Assembly (NCBI GenBank): GCA_965226055.1
Contig: CBDDCA010000005.1
Coordinates: forward strand, 288,001 to 352,000
DNA length: 64,000 bases
Source of the DNA: Spirochaetia bacterium
GTDB taxonomy: Bacteria > Spirochaetota > Spirochaetia > WTKD01 > G963693115
Direction: 5' to 3'
Made by a program: the position numbers and the translations under genes. A model generated the notes under the pieces. It worked only from the letters and a program-made list of their open reading frames with translations. It did no database searches and was not told the origin of the DNA. Within the stretch, counting starts at the first letter, position 1, and each line of letters opens with the position of its first letter. Positions 49,437-60,352 of the stretch are shown piece after piece.

Positions 49437-49463
49437 TATTCGGTTATCTCAGAAAAGAATAAA
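49437..49463 (-). promoter_or_regulatory. Candidate sigma28 (FliA/SigD) promoter of the rod operon
   Basis: TTTA-N15-ACCGAATA versus consensus TAAA-N15-GCCGATAA. Confidence 0.45.
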
Positions 49464-49606
49464 GGAAAATTGTAAAAAAAGAATATTGGCATGTTACATG
49501 GTACATTCAAAGGAAATACACATCAAAACATATGTAGTACGATTTCATACATACAGCATAAATGCTTATGCCATGTACTATTTATCTATGTATAAGAAAT
49601 AATACT

Positions 49607-49637
49607 AAAAAGAGAGTGCTATGCACTCTCTTTTTTT
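49607..49637. terminator. Terminator of lipoprotein B
   Basis: aaaaagagagtgc-tat-gcactctcttttt. Confidence 0.82.
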
Positions 49638-49640
49638 ATG

Positions 49641-52600
49641 CTAATTCCTACATTCTGGAGAATTAGCACCCTTGGGAAACTGTAATGGTTTCTTCGCCAT
49701 AGCTGAACCTTGGAAATCAAAAGCATCTACAAGTGTTGAACACAATTTCCATGATGACAAATTTTGATCAAATGCACTAGCCTCACTAAACATACTGGAA
49801 AAATTACTAAGTTTCTTAAAACTCCATTTACTTATATTTTGATTAAAAGCACTTGCTTTCCTAAACATTTGCTGAGTCGTAGTAACACTCTTCACATTCC
49901 AGTTTGCTATGTCTTGATTAAAAGGAGTACCAAAAAACATATTTTGCATACTAGTAACTTTACTCACATCCCAACTTCCTATATCTTGATTAAAAGCAGT
50001 ATTAGCAAACATATTTTGCATATTAGTAACTTCACTCACATCCCAACTTCCTATGTCTTGATTAAAAACAGTAGCTTCCTGAAACATATAACTCATATCA
50101 TTTACGCTACTTGTATTCCACAGTGTTATATTTCCATTAAAAGTACTATCATCCTTGAATAATTCACTCATATCAGTAATAGCACTGATATCTATCATGC
50201 TGAGGTTGGGGCTATTGGTGTTTTGTCTGCTTGCTCCTTTTTCTGCAGTGATAATATCTTGCAGTGCTTTCTTTGTCGTTGGTCTGTAATAAGTAGCTGA
50301 CTGTCCTGATGGTGCTGTTCTTAGCTCTGTCTGTATAACGATAGTGGCTGGCACTTTTTTCTTTGAAGCAGTAAGAGTACACTGTGCTACATCATAGCTA
50401 TATTCAGTAATAGCAGTATCTCGTATATTAGACTTATTTGCTATGCCTGTTATAGTAACTGTTTTGCTATTCTGATCAAATGATACTGCTAGCCCCGTCT
50501 CTTTTTTGATTTTCTCTGCATCTACCTCTAGTATGTTTGCATCACAGGTAAAGGCATTGCCACTGGGTGTGCTTGCTAGTACTCTTGTAGTATTTTGTGC
50601 GAGTGCTGTGCCTACTATTGCTGATACAACTGTGGCATTTCCTATCGCTACTGCTGGCGTGCTGGCAGATACTGCTGTTGCTTCTGCTGATACCTTTGTC
50701 TTTTTGAGGCTGTTTACTGCTACTGCGGTGATATAGTACTTTGTATTCAATCGTAGGTTGCTTATTGTATAGCTTGTTGCTCCTGTTGGTACATCGTCTT
50801 TTTCTGCTCCTTCTTGTGCATCGCTTGCTCCTTGTGCCTGTGTTTTTACTGTTGCTCCATCTATGTTTGTTTTTGAGGCTGCGTAGTATACTATATAGTC
50901 TATTTGATTATCTCTTAAATCAGTTCCTTCTGCTGTCGTTCCTTTTACGGTTGGGGCTGTTATGGTAAGTACTATAGTAGCTCCTTGTGCATTTGCTTGT
51001 ATGGTGGGCTTTCCTGGTGCGGCATAGGCTTCTTTTGCGATAAACTCCTTGCGTAGTCCTGTTGCTTCTTTGCTGGTATCAGTACTGTTTACTGCTTGCA
51101 CTACTATTTCGTAAGTTGTGCCTACTGTCAATCCTGTCAGAGTGCTGTTGGTTGTGTCTGCTGCTATTGCTGTGGAGCTTCCTGCTGCTGTTTTTATTGC
51201 TGCTACGCTTTTTGCACTGCCACTTTTGGCTACTTTGTATACTTTGTACGATACTTGTGCTACTGTTAGGGTGTCTCCTTTGTTTGTTTTGTGGCTTGCA
51301 TTGAGACTGGGGGCTGTCCACGATAGCCTTGCACTCCCTCCTGTTACTCCTCCTACTTGTATGTTGCTTACTTCTGCGGGAGCAGTCGCTTGTGATGCGG
51401 TTGTTACACTTGCCACTGACGATGCTACTTTTTTGCTTGTGTCTGTTTTTACTGCTACTTCTACCACAAAGTGATACTTTGTTGCTCCTTTTATTGCTAC
51501 TACTGGTGCTGTGTCTTCAGACAAACCTAAACTGCTAAGGGCTGATACTGTGTACACTCCGCTACTTGCTGTGCCTATGTTTACTTTTCTGCCTCTTTGT
51601 ACTTCTGCTACTGTAGGTGTTGTGTCTTTCTGTAAGCCGTATACTGTGTATACTAGCTCATCATTGCTTGTTACTGTTGTGCCATCTTTGTTTTTTGCTC
51701 CTGTTATTGTGCTTAACTGTGTGAGTACGAGCTTTATTGTTCCTACTGTGTTTGTTGAGGGTGATACTACCAGCTTACCTGTTAAGGACGATGTAGGGGC
51801 TGTTGCTTTTGAGGTGGGGATAGTGCTTAATTCTAGTTTTTGTATTAGTGCGGGATCTTTACTTTGTGCTTTCTTTGTTGCATAGGGATTGAGGCTGTTT
51901 ATTGCTTCTATGCCTATGGTGTACACTGCTCCCTTTGTTCCTATAAATGTTCCTCGTAAGCTGCTGTTTCCTGCTATCTCTTGTGTTTGTACTCCTCCTA
52001 TTGCTTTTATTTCCGCTATAGTTTTAGTACTCTGGTCTCCTGCTACTATGTATACTTTGTACTGTATTTGTGCCTGTGTGAGTTGTCTGTCATTGGGTGC
52101 TTTATGGTTGCTGGTAATTGTTCCTTTTTGAAACTCGTACTGTACGGTATCGCTTGTTACTGTTGATGTTTCGATAAACAGAGTGAGATTCTCTGGTGCT
52201 GGGGGGACAGTGGATACTGCATCATATACTGCTACTTTGTCAGTAAGCGTTGTTGGGGGACTTACTCTGTTATTCTCTACTGTGAGAAAGGTAAAGCTAT
52301 AGCTTTTTGCATTTGCTTGTGTTGATGATACTTCTACGCCATCTGCTATGCCAAAGCTAATGGTGGTAGCTGTACTTGTTATGCTTTTTTCTGCTACCAA
52401 GTTTGTGCCATCTAACATACGCAGAGTGTAGTACTTATTTGATCCAGGAGCTTGCTTAAAAGTTGCTTTTATTTGTATTGCTCCTGTACTTGTATCAAGT
52501 GTAGGCTTGCTTTGAAAGAGATCTTCTGAGGGAGCTGTGAGTGAGTTGGGGGTGCTTATGTCTTTTATGGCTTGGGTGCTTTTGTTTTCTGAGTAATCAT

Positions 52601-54334
52601 AGGTGAGTATTGTTACGGTATATGTTTTGCCTTGCGTGAGTTCTTCGACAGAGAGTGACTTTGTGGGATAGGGTATTTTCTTCTCGCTCAGTACTGCGGT
52701 GCTTGTATCTTTCTCTGCTATGCTCACGCTGTATTCTTTTATGTCCTTGTTATTAGCTTTTGTTGTATCGGGGGCTGTCCATGTTATCTGTGTGCCTATC
52801 TTTGCTGCTGATACAAAGGGATAGCTTGATTGTATGTTTGTTACTGCATCGGGGGCGGTGCTATCTGCTGATGTGCTGACTGTGGCTGTTGCTTCTGTTC
52901 CTTTGTTGCCTGCACTGTCCATCGATACGACTGCCACTGTATACTCGGTGGTTGCTTTTAGTCCTGTTATTTGTGTGTTGCGTACTGTTCGATCTGTTAT
53001 TGTTACTGTCTTTGTTGCTGTTGTGCTGTCCTTTTCTGTTGCTGTTATAGTCACTCCTGCATAATCTCGTACATCGGGGGCTTGCCAGCCTACTACTAGG
53101 CTTGTTGCTCCTCCTACTGCACTTACATTGGTCGCGGGCTTTGTTGTTTTGTCTGTTGTTGCTTGTTCTTTTGACACTGCAGTGGAGTACTTTCCGTTTT
53201 GAGAAACATACACTTCTACTTTGTACGTAAGCGTGCCATAGAGTTTTGTGAGTGCTATGCCATCTTTTGCTACATACACAGTGGCGTACTCTTGATTGTC
53301 TGCACTTGCAGAACTGAGTTTGGCTGTACTGCTATTGTTCACAGTTGCTTCTGCTACTACTGTATTTGTTGCTTTTGTTGTTACTCGTACTAAGAGGCTT
53401 TTGTCGGTAAAGGCAAAGCTCCCCCACTTAATAAGCAGGCTCTCATCGGCTGGGCTATTGCTTTTATCGTTTGCTGTTACTGTAAGATCTGCCTCTGGCA
53501 GTGGCGTTACTGTTTGTGAAAGCTGGGATGCTTGCACGCCTGTCAATACTGTTGTAGGACTGCTTGTGTTGTCATTTCTGTCTTTGTAGCGTATTTCTAC
53601 ATCATAGGATATGCCTGCAAGCGTGGAGACCTTTGGAAGCGTAACTTCTCCTTGCTGTAGGTTCTGCACGGTAGCTTGCGCAAGCACTATGCCACCAGTC
53701 GTGCTTTTTACCACTATCGTTGCTTCGGCTATGTCTGTCTTGCCTGATGCAAGTCGTTCTTTATCCCATGTTATCTTTATGCCATCCCCCGACTTCTCTA
53801 CTCCTACCTGTGTCAATGTGTCCTGTGGTGCAGTAGTATCTATCAGTGTTGTCACTGAGCGTGTTGTTTTTGGTGATACTTCCGTGTCTTTTTGTGCTTC
53901 TATCTCTACGGTGTAGTCGGTGAGTGCTTGTAAGCCTTTGAGTTGGTACGATTGTCCTTGTTGAAAGAGCGTTTGATATTCTATGGCAGGAACACGCACT
54001 TGTATTGATTGTGCTGGTGCTGTTGAAGTTGCAGTCACTACTACATGCGTGGCATCGCTGGGAGCTTCCCAGCGTAACGAGAGTGTCCCATCATTGCTTG
54101 CTACTTGTATCTGCACATTGGACACTGATGCAAGTGTCGGGGTTACTGGTGTTCCCCCTCCGCCTGATGAGGAACTGCTACTGCCCTCCGAACATCCTAC
54201 GAGTACGAGGGTAGTCATTGCTAGCACTAAAAATAATGCTACTAGAGTTAGGCTTTGCTTATATCGAGAGTGTACCCCCCCCCCCCGATTTTTTTCACGC
54301 TGTATAGCTCATCGTTTTGATAGCTATTATTCAT
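49641..54334 (-). CDS. Large surface lipoprotein B (FN3-like stalk plus DUF285 repeats), frameshifted at a poly-G tract in the signal peptide as assembled
   Basis: ATG 54334 with AAGGAG SD reads [28 protein letters not shown]. One more G joins it to ORF 49641..54227 and restores a signal homologous to paralogue D. Confidence 0.85.
54275..54286 (-). repeat. G12 homopolymer on the coding strand; candidate phase-variation switch
   Basis: 12 consecutive C on the + strand in an AT-rich genome, at codons 17-20 of lipoprotein B. Confidence 0.9.
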
Positions 54335-54424
54335 AAAAATACTCCTTACTATTTGTTTTATTGTATATAGTATTATACACAATAGTTATTATAGTACAAA
54401 ATAGTATTTCATGTGTCAAAGAAC

Positions 54425-54456
54425 ATAGCAAGAAAGGAGCTATCCTTTCTTGCTAT
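54425..54456 (-). terminator. Terminator-like hairpin 3' of lipoprotein C
   Basis: atagcaagaaagga-gcta-tcctttcttgctat. Confidence 0.75.
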
Positions 54457-54477
54457 AGCTCCGTTTCTATAGGTATG

Positions 54478-56070
54478 CTACGAGGAGGCACACGCTGTTG
54501 TATCAGTACTATCCTTTGGATGCTTTGCTGTTTTACTCTCCATAGCTGAACCTTTGAAATCTTCAGCATTAGATTGCAATCTTGTTTTACACAATTTCCA
54601 TGATGATAAATTTTGATCAAATACAGATGCATCTGTAAACGCATAAACAAAATGAATAATATTATTCACATTCCACTTTCCTATATTCTGATTAAAGGAA
54701 CTTGCTCCTCTAAACATATAAGCCATATTAGTAACCTTGCTCACATTCCAATTTCCTATATCTTGATTAAAAGCAGTAGCCTTATCAAACATATGATACA
54801 TACTAGTAACCTTGCTCACATCCCAATTTCCTATATCTTGATTAAAATCACTTATGCTTGTTCCTCTAAACATATGAGCCATAATTTCAACATTGCTTAC
54901 ATCCCAGCTTCCTATGTTTTGATTAAAATCACTTGCTCCATCAAACATAGACTCCATATTGCTTACATTACTGGTATTCCATTGTGTTATATCTCCATTA
55001 AAAGGACCATTATCCCGAAATAAAGCACTCATATCAGTAATAGCACTGGTATCTACCATGTTGAGGTTAGGGCTATAAGTATTTTGTCTCCCTACTTCTT
55101 CTTCTGCCTCAATAATCTCTTGCAATGCTTTCTTTGTTGTTGGTCTATAATAGGTAGTTATTTCTCCTGATGGTGCTGCTCTTAGTCCTGTCCTTATAAT
55201 AATGCTTGCTTTTACTTTTTTACTTGAAGCAGTAATTGTACATTGTACTACATCATAGCTATAGCTTGTAATGGCAGGATCATGTACATTTGATTTGTTT
55301 GCTATACCTGTTACGCTCACTGTCTTGCTACTCTGTTCAAACGATACTATGAGGCCTGTTTCTTCTTTGATTTTCTTGCTATCTGCCTCCAGTATGTTTG
55401 CATCACAGGTAAAGTCAGAGTTACTGCTGAGTACTCTCGTACTATTTATTGCTGGGGTTTTGCCTACTTCTGCTGAAACCTCCGTAGTGTTTCCTATAGA
55501 CACTGTACTTTTTGCTTGCTTGGAACTCCGTTGTGCCTGAAACTCATAGCGTAATCCAGTGGATGCTTTTGTGGTATCGGTACTGTTCACTGCTTGTACG
55601 ACTATCTCGTAGGTCGTTCCGTTTATCAATCCTGTCAAAGTAATGTTTGTTGTTCCTGCTGTTACTGTTTTTGGGCTTTTATCTGCTGTTTTTATTTGTG
55701 CCACTGTCCTCTGTATACTGCCACTCTTAGCAATGCTATATACTTTGTACGATACTTGTGCTACTGTTAGGGTATCCCCTTTGTTTGTTTTATGGCTTGC
55801 ACTGAGGCTGGGAGCTGTCCATGATACTCTCATGCCTGTTGAGGTTACTCCTGTTTGTATGTTTGTTACTTCTGCAGGAGCTGTCGCTAGCGATGTGGTT
55901 ATTTTTCTTGCTACTGATGAGGGACTGCTACTACTCTCTTCACATCCTATCAAAAAGAGGGTAACCACTGCAAACACCCATGCCAGTGTAATACAAGTTA
56001 TCCTGTACATATTATATTGAGAGTATGCTCTCCCAATTTTTTCCATGTTGTGTAGCTCTCTATGTATCAT
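54478..56070 (-). CDS. Surface lipoprotein C: one FN3-like module, neck and DUF285 repeats
   Basis: Lipobox LIGC. Start moved to MIHREL (56070) after AAGGAGG, matching paralogue D. Confidence 0.88.
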   Translation of the reverse strand: MIHRELHNMEKIGRAYSQYNMYRITCITLAWVFAVVTLFLIGCEESSSSPSSVARKITTSLATAPAEVTNIQTGVTSTGMRVSWTAPSLSASHKTNKGDTLTVAQVSYKVYSIAKSGSIQRTVAQIKTADKSPKTVTAGTTNITLTGLINGTTYEIVVQAVNSTDTTKASTGLRYEFQAQRSSKQAKSTVSIGNTTEVSAEVGKTPAINSTRVLSSNSDFTCDANILEADSKKIKEETGLIVSFEQSSKTVSVTGIANKSNVHDPAITSYSYDVVQCTITASSKKVKASIIIRTGLRAAPSGEITTYYRPTTKKALQEIIEAEEEVGRQNTYSPNLNMVDTSAITDMSALFRDNGPFNGDITQWNTSNVSNMESMFDGASDFNQNIGSWDVSNVEIMAHMFRGTSISDFNQDIGNWDVSKVTSMYHMFDKATAFNQDIGNWNVSKVTNMAYMFRGASSFNQNIGKWNVNNIIHFVYAFTDASVFDQNLSSWKLCKTRLQSNAEDFKGSAMESKTAKHPKDSTDTTACASS

Positions 56071-56229
56071 AAAGGCCTCCTTATTGTTATCTATTATTGT
56101 GCATATCATTATACACAATTATTATACAAAATAGTATTTCCTATATCTATGAAGCAAATGAAAAGAAATGAGCATTTCCTTTTTTGCTATAGATATATTT
56201 CTATACCATACTTCTATACTATGCTACGA

Positions 56230-57339
56230 TTATGTGCATGAACTACCAACCTTTGGGTACTGTGCTGTTTTTCCAGCCATAGCTGAACCTCGAAATACAT
56301 TGAAAGAAAAACTTGGTATACGACACCATTTCCATGATGATAAATCCTGATCAAATTTAGAAGCATTATAGAACATTCTCAAGGATGCATCGACATTTTT
56401 TACATTCCAGTTTCCTATATTCTGATTAAAGGCAATTGCTTCAAGAAACATACCAATCATATCAGTAACTTCTCCTGTATTCCAATTTCCTATGTTTTGA
56501 TTAAAAATACTTGCTCTCCAAAACATACCACCCATATCAGTAACTTCTCCCGTATCCCAATTTCCTATGTTTTGATTAAAAACACTTGCTCCCCAAAACA
56601 TACTGTGCATATTCTCTACATTACTTGTGTTCCACTGTGTTATATCTCCATTAAAAGTACTATCATCCTTAAATAAATTTTTCATATCAGTAATGGCACT
56701 GGTATCTATCATGTTGAGATTGGGGCTATTGGTGTTTTGCCTTCCCACTCCTCTTTCTGCAGTGATAATAGCTTTAAGTGCTGTCTTACCCGTTGGTCTG
56801 TAATAGGTAGGCGATGTCTCTCCTGATGGTGCTGTTCTTAGTCCTGTCCTTATAATAATGCTTGCTTTTACTTTTTTACTTGAAGCAGTAATTGTGCATT
56901 GTACTACATCATAGCTATAGCTTGTAATGGCAGGATCATGTACATTTGATTTGTTTGCTATACCTGTTACGCTCACTGTCTTGCTACTCTGCTCAAACGA
57001 TACTATGAGGCCTGTTTCTTCTCTGATTTTCTTGCTATCTGCTTCCAGTATGTTTGCATCACAGGTAAAGGCAGAGTTACTGCTGAGTACTCTTGTACTA
57101 TTTATTGCTTGTTTATTGCCTACTTCTGCTGAAACTACACTAGCGTTTCCTATAATTAGTGGTTTAGTTGTTTTGCTTGCTACTGATAAGGGACTGCTAC
57201 TGCTCTCTTCACATCCTATCAAAAAGAAGGTAGTCATTGCTAACACCCATGCCAGTGTAATACGAGTTATCCTGTACATATTATATTGAGAGTGTACTCT
57301 CCCAATTTTTTCCATGCTGTGTAGCTCTCTATGTATCAT
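56230..57339 (-). CDS. Surface lipoprotein D: neck and DUF285 repeats only
   Basis: Lipobox LIGC, AAGGAGG SD and FNQNIGNW repeats. Confidence 0.88.
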   Translation of the reverse strand: MIHRELHSMEKIGRVHSQYNMYRITRITLAWVLAMTTFFLIGCEESSSSPLSVASKTTKPLIIGNASVVSAEVGNKQAINSTRVLSSNSAFTCDANILEADSKKIREETGLIVSFEQSSKTVSVTGIANKSNVHDPAITSYSYDVVQCTITASSKKVKASIIIRTGLRTAPSGETSPTYYRPTGKTALKAIITAERGVGRQNTNSPNLNMIDTSAITDMKNLFKDDSTFNGDITQWNTSNVENMHSMFWGASVFNQNIGNWDTGEVTDMGGMFWRASIFNQNIGNWNTGEVTDMIGMFLEAIAFNQNIGNWNVKNVDASLRMFYNASKFDQDLSSWKWCRIPSFSFNVFRGSAMAGKTAQYPKVGSSCT

Positions 57340-57454
57340 AAAGGCCTCCTTATTGTTATCTATTATCGTATACCTATCAGCATAGTTATTGTACTACAAA
57401 TACTATTATTTGTATATATTGTAAACTTAGGGTATATTGTAATATAATGAAAGC

Positions 57455-59101
57455 ATGGGAGTGCTAAAAGTACCAGATTACCTCAATGATGACTCGCTTA
57501 TCAAAACTATTCTCACAAGAAATAAAATAAACTCACACAAAGATTATATTTTTTTTACAAAACTTTGTTCGCTTAACTCTGCACAAATACCATTTGAAAC
57601 TGCCATGCAACTTTCTGAAACAACAGGAGATGAGATAACATTTGTAAGCTATCTTGGTCGCTTTACTGACAAAAAATTGATGGTTATCAGATATGCCTTC
57701 AAGCCAGACGGATTGCGTCCTGATTATATTTTTATAAGTGATGAAAACTCATTTGAATTCACATACGAATATATAAATGAGTCTATCAACCAAGGGCTTT
57801 ACGATAGCAATTATCCAATTCCATCCTTTAAGGAATTGACCTATAATAATATAAATATTCCAAAAAATCATATAGAAAATTTTAACCCCAATCTTCTCCG
57901 TGATAAATTACATGGAAAAACAACTTTTTCCCCTACTATTTATTCTATTCCTATATACAAAGATCTTTTTTACTTTACAGATGAAAATATAGATAAAATT
58001 AGTGATTATGCCATTATAAAACTTCAAAACATATTCAAATCATCGTTTCAAGTAACAAATGAAATTCTTAAATTATTTAAGAATGATACACAAGATTTTA
58101 GAACACACATAACAAGCAAAGAATATGGAGTATGGGCTCCTATCATAAAAAAAATTGACAAAGAGATGCCTGCTTTACGACTAAATAAAAAAGTATCAGA
58201 GAGTTATAATTTTCTTGATTTTATCATCATCTTAAAAAGTACAATAGATACACACCTAACATTTATTGACGAAGTAACACACACAGAAAAAAATATAAAT
58301 GATGCAAGAAAAGAGATTGAAGCATACTTTTTCAATTTACCGTATGGAGTAAGCAAAGAAGAGTTCACTGTATTTTATAATGAATTACTTACAACATATA
58401 ACTTAGAACAAGAAGAAGCAGAAAAAAAGATACTACAATCAATTATAATACAAGCAGGTGATTTTGAACCTAATCAGCAAATACATAGTATTATAGATTT
58501 TGATACATACCTTATTCACTCGTCCATGCTACCAAATTGCATTTCAACCAAATATTTCGCTGTTAATGACATAATATATACCATGTATTTAGATATTATG
58601 AAAAAATTTCTTTTACATAAACTAGCTCCTAAAGAACGTATCTTTTTTGATATAGAAGCACTTGAAAGCTCTGTGAGAAAACATGTACAAGAAATTGATG
58701 CTTTCATGTTTACCATACTTCAGTACCCTGTAGTTATTGCAAATATGATTATCAATAATCATAACAGACGAACACTTAACAACAATCAATTAGAATCCTC
58801 GCAGAGTATAGAAGACAAAAACCTATTTAGTAAAATGTCCTTATCAAAGCAATTATCAACTTTTTTTAACCTTAGAACAAAAAAGCTCCTACAATGGCAC
58901 GAGATATTCAATATCAATATAGTACAGTTAGCAACTACAAGTTTTTCTAAGCTATCGTTTTTCCAAAAATTATATTTATTTATCACCAATAGATATAAAC
59001 TCACTATGAAAAAAATTAAAAAGCTAAATAGTTCAATTGAGAGTGGAAGAGAATCAGCATTACATTTCACACATAAAACACAAAAATTTATACAAAAATA
59101 A
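57455..59101 (+). CDS. Hypothetical protein
   Basis: 548-aa ORF preceded by TATAAT-N6-ATG; no motif recognised. Confidence 0.7.
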   Translation: MGVLKVPDYLNDDSLIKTILTRNKINSHKDYIFFTKLCSLNSAQIPFETAMQLSETTGDEITFVSYLGRFTDKKLMVIRYAFKPDGLRPDYIFISDENSFEFTYEYINESINQGLYDSNYPIPSFKELTYNNINIPKNHIENFNPNLLRDKLHGKTTFSPTIYSIPIYKDLFYFTDENIDKISDYAIIKLQNIFKSSFQVTNEILKLFKNDTQDFRTHITSKEYGVWAPIIKKIDKEMPALRLNKKVSESYNFLDFIIILKSTIDTHLTFIDEVTHTEKNINDARKEIEAYFFNLPYGVSKEEFTVFYNELLTTYNLEQEEAEKKILQSIIIQAGDFEPNQQIHSIIDFDTYLIHSSMLPNCISTKYFAVNDIIYTMYLDIMKKFLLHKLAPKERIFFDIEALESSVRKHVQEIDAFMFTILQYPVVIANMIINNHNRRTLNNNQLESSQSIEDKNLFSKMSLSKQLSTFFNLRTKKLLQWHEIFNINIVQLATTSFSKLSFFQKLYLFITNRYKLTMKKIKKLNSSIESGRESALHFTHKTQKFIQK

Positions 59102-60337
59102 ATGTATTCAGATATTTCGCTCGTAATTGTTGGTGCGGGGCTACAAGGCATTACTCTCTATATAAACCTTCCGAAAAAAATACAAAACAGAACACTTATA
59201 ATAGACAAAAACACAGAAGCATTATGTAATTTTTATCGTCAAGCACACAATGTCGGAATGAAATACCTGCGCTCTCCTGCAAGCCATTGCTTAAAAGAAC
59301 CGCTTGTATCCTTGCTATCATATTCTCATGCACACAATATTCACACACAGCATTTTAATGGAAAATATCTCACGCCCTCTCTTACACTGCTTGAGCAGTA
59401 TGTACATCATCTATTAAGAAAAACATCTATTGCTACACAGTTTTTTCAAACAACTCTAAAAAACATAACATATACAAATAATAAAACATGGATACTCGAT
59501 ACTAGCAACGGAACTATTAGCACAAAAAATTGTATTTTAGCATTAGGTATGGGTACAGTAAGCTTACCTGATACCATACAAATAAAAAGTGAACATTCCG
59601 CTTATAACAAAGATACACTGCAATCTATGCTTATCAAAAAACATGTGTTGCATCCACAGTATACTCCCTCTCTTAAAAATACACACAGTCATCGTATAGC
59701 AGTCATAGGGGGAGGAATGAGTGGAACACAAACAGCTCTACGATATACAGATAAAGAGAACACACAGAGAAACAGTGTCTCTCTTATATCAGGAAAACAT
59801 GCTTCTGTCCATTTTTTTGATAGTGATCCAGGATATATTGGTCCTAAATATCGTAATATTTTTTCACAGGAAACAGACTATCGTATACGAAGAAACATCA
59901 TTACAAAAGCAAGAAATATTGGATCTATCAATCCGTATGTACATGAAAAATTAATCACTGCTATCAACAAAAAACAAATTGAACATATAAAAGAATATGC
60001 AATGTCTATCCATGTAAAAAACAATGGACACACACATACTTATATAGTACAGCTATCAAATAATGATGAAAAAGAATATGATGACATTATATTTGCTACT
60101 GGATTTGCAAAAAATGAAATGCCTCATAAATCGTTAGTACAAAACATAGCCACTCAATATGGATGCAAAACAGATGATACCATGTGGCCTATTCCTGAGA
60201 AAAATTTAATGTGGCATCACGGATTATACTTAATGGGAGCTTTAGCCGAACTTGAGCTTGGTCCAGCTGCTCGCAATATTATTGGAGCACATTTAGCGTG
60301 TAGAAATTTTAAGCATTCTTGGGAACAATGGATATAA
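59102..60337 (+). CDS. FAD/NAD(P)-dependent oxidoreductase (lysine/ornithine N-monooxygenase-like fold)
   Basis: VGAGLQG, LRSP, IGGGMSG, FATGF and G.LAELELGP.ARNI.GA motifs. Confidence 0.78.
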   Translation: MYSDISLVIVGAGLQGITLYINLPKKIQNRTLIIDKNTEALCNFYRQAHNVGMKYLRSPASHCLKEPLVSLLSYSHAHNIHTQHFNGKYLTPSLTLLEQYVHHLLRKTSIATQFFQTTLKNITYTNNKTWILDTSNGTISTKNCILALGMGTVSLPDTIQIKSEHSAYNKDTLQSMLIKKHVLHPQYTPSLKNTHSHRIAVIGGGMSGTQTALRYTDKENTQRNSVSLISGKHASVHFFDSDPGYIGPKYRNIFSQETDYRIRRNIITKARNIGSINPYVHEKLITAINKKQIEHIKEYAMSIHVKNNGHTHTYIVQLSNNDEKEYDDIIFATGFAKNEMPHKSLVQNIATQYGCKTDDTMWPIPEKNLMWHHGLYLMGALAELELGPAARNIIGAHLACRNFKHSWEQWI

Positions 60338-60352
60338 AAAGCATATACGCAC

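Noticed and set aside
49745-56710. Diversity-generating retroelement acting on the variable C-terminal tips
   Set aside because: No reverse transcriptase or non-coding template repeat in the window, and the differences between repeats are not adenine-restricted.
49641-57339. Shufflon or DNA-inversion system for the lipoprotein cluster
   Set aside because: All paralogues are co-oriented with their own SD, and there are no inverted recombination sites or invertase.
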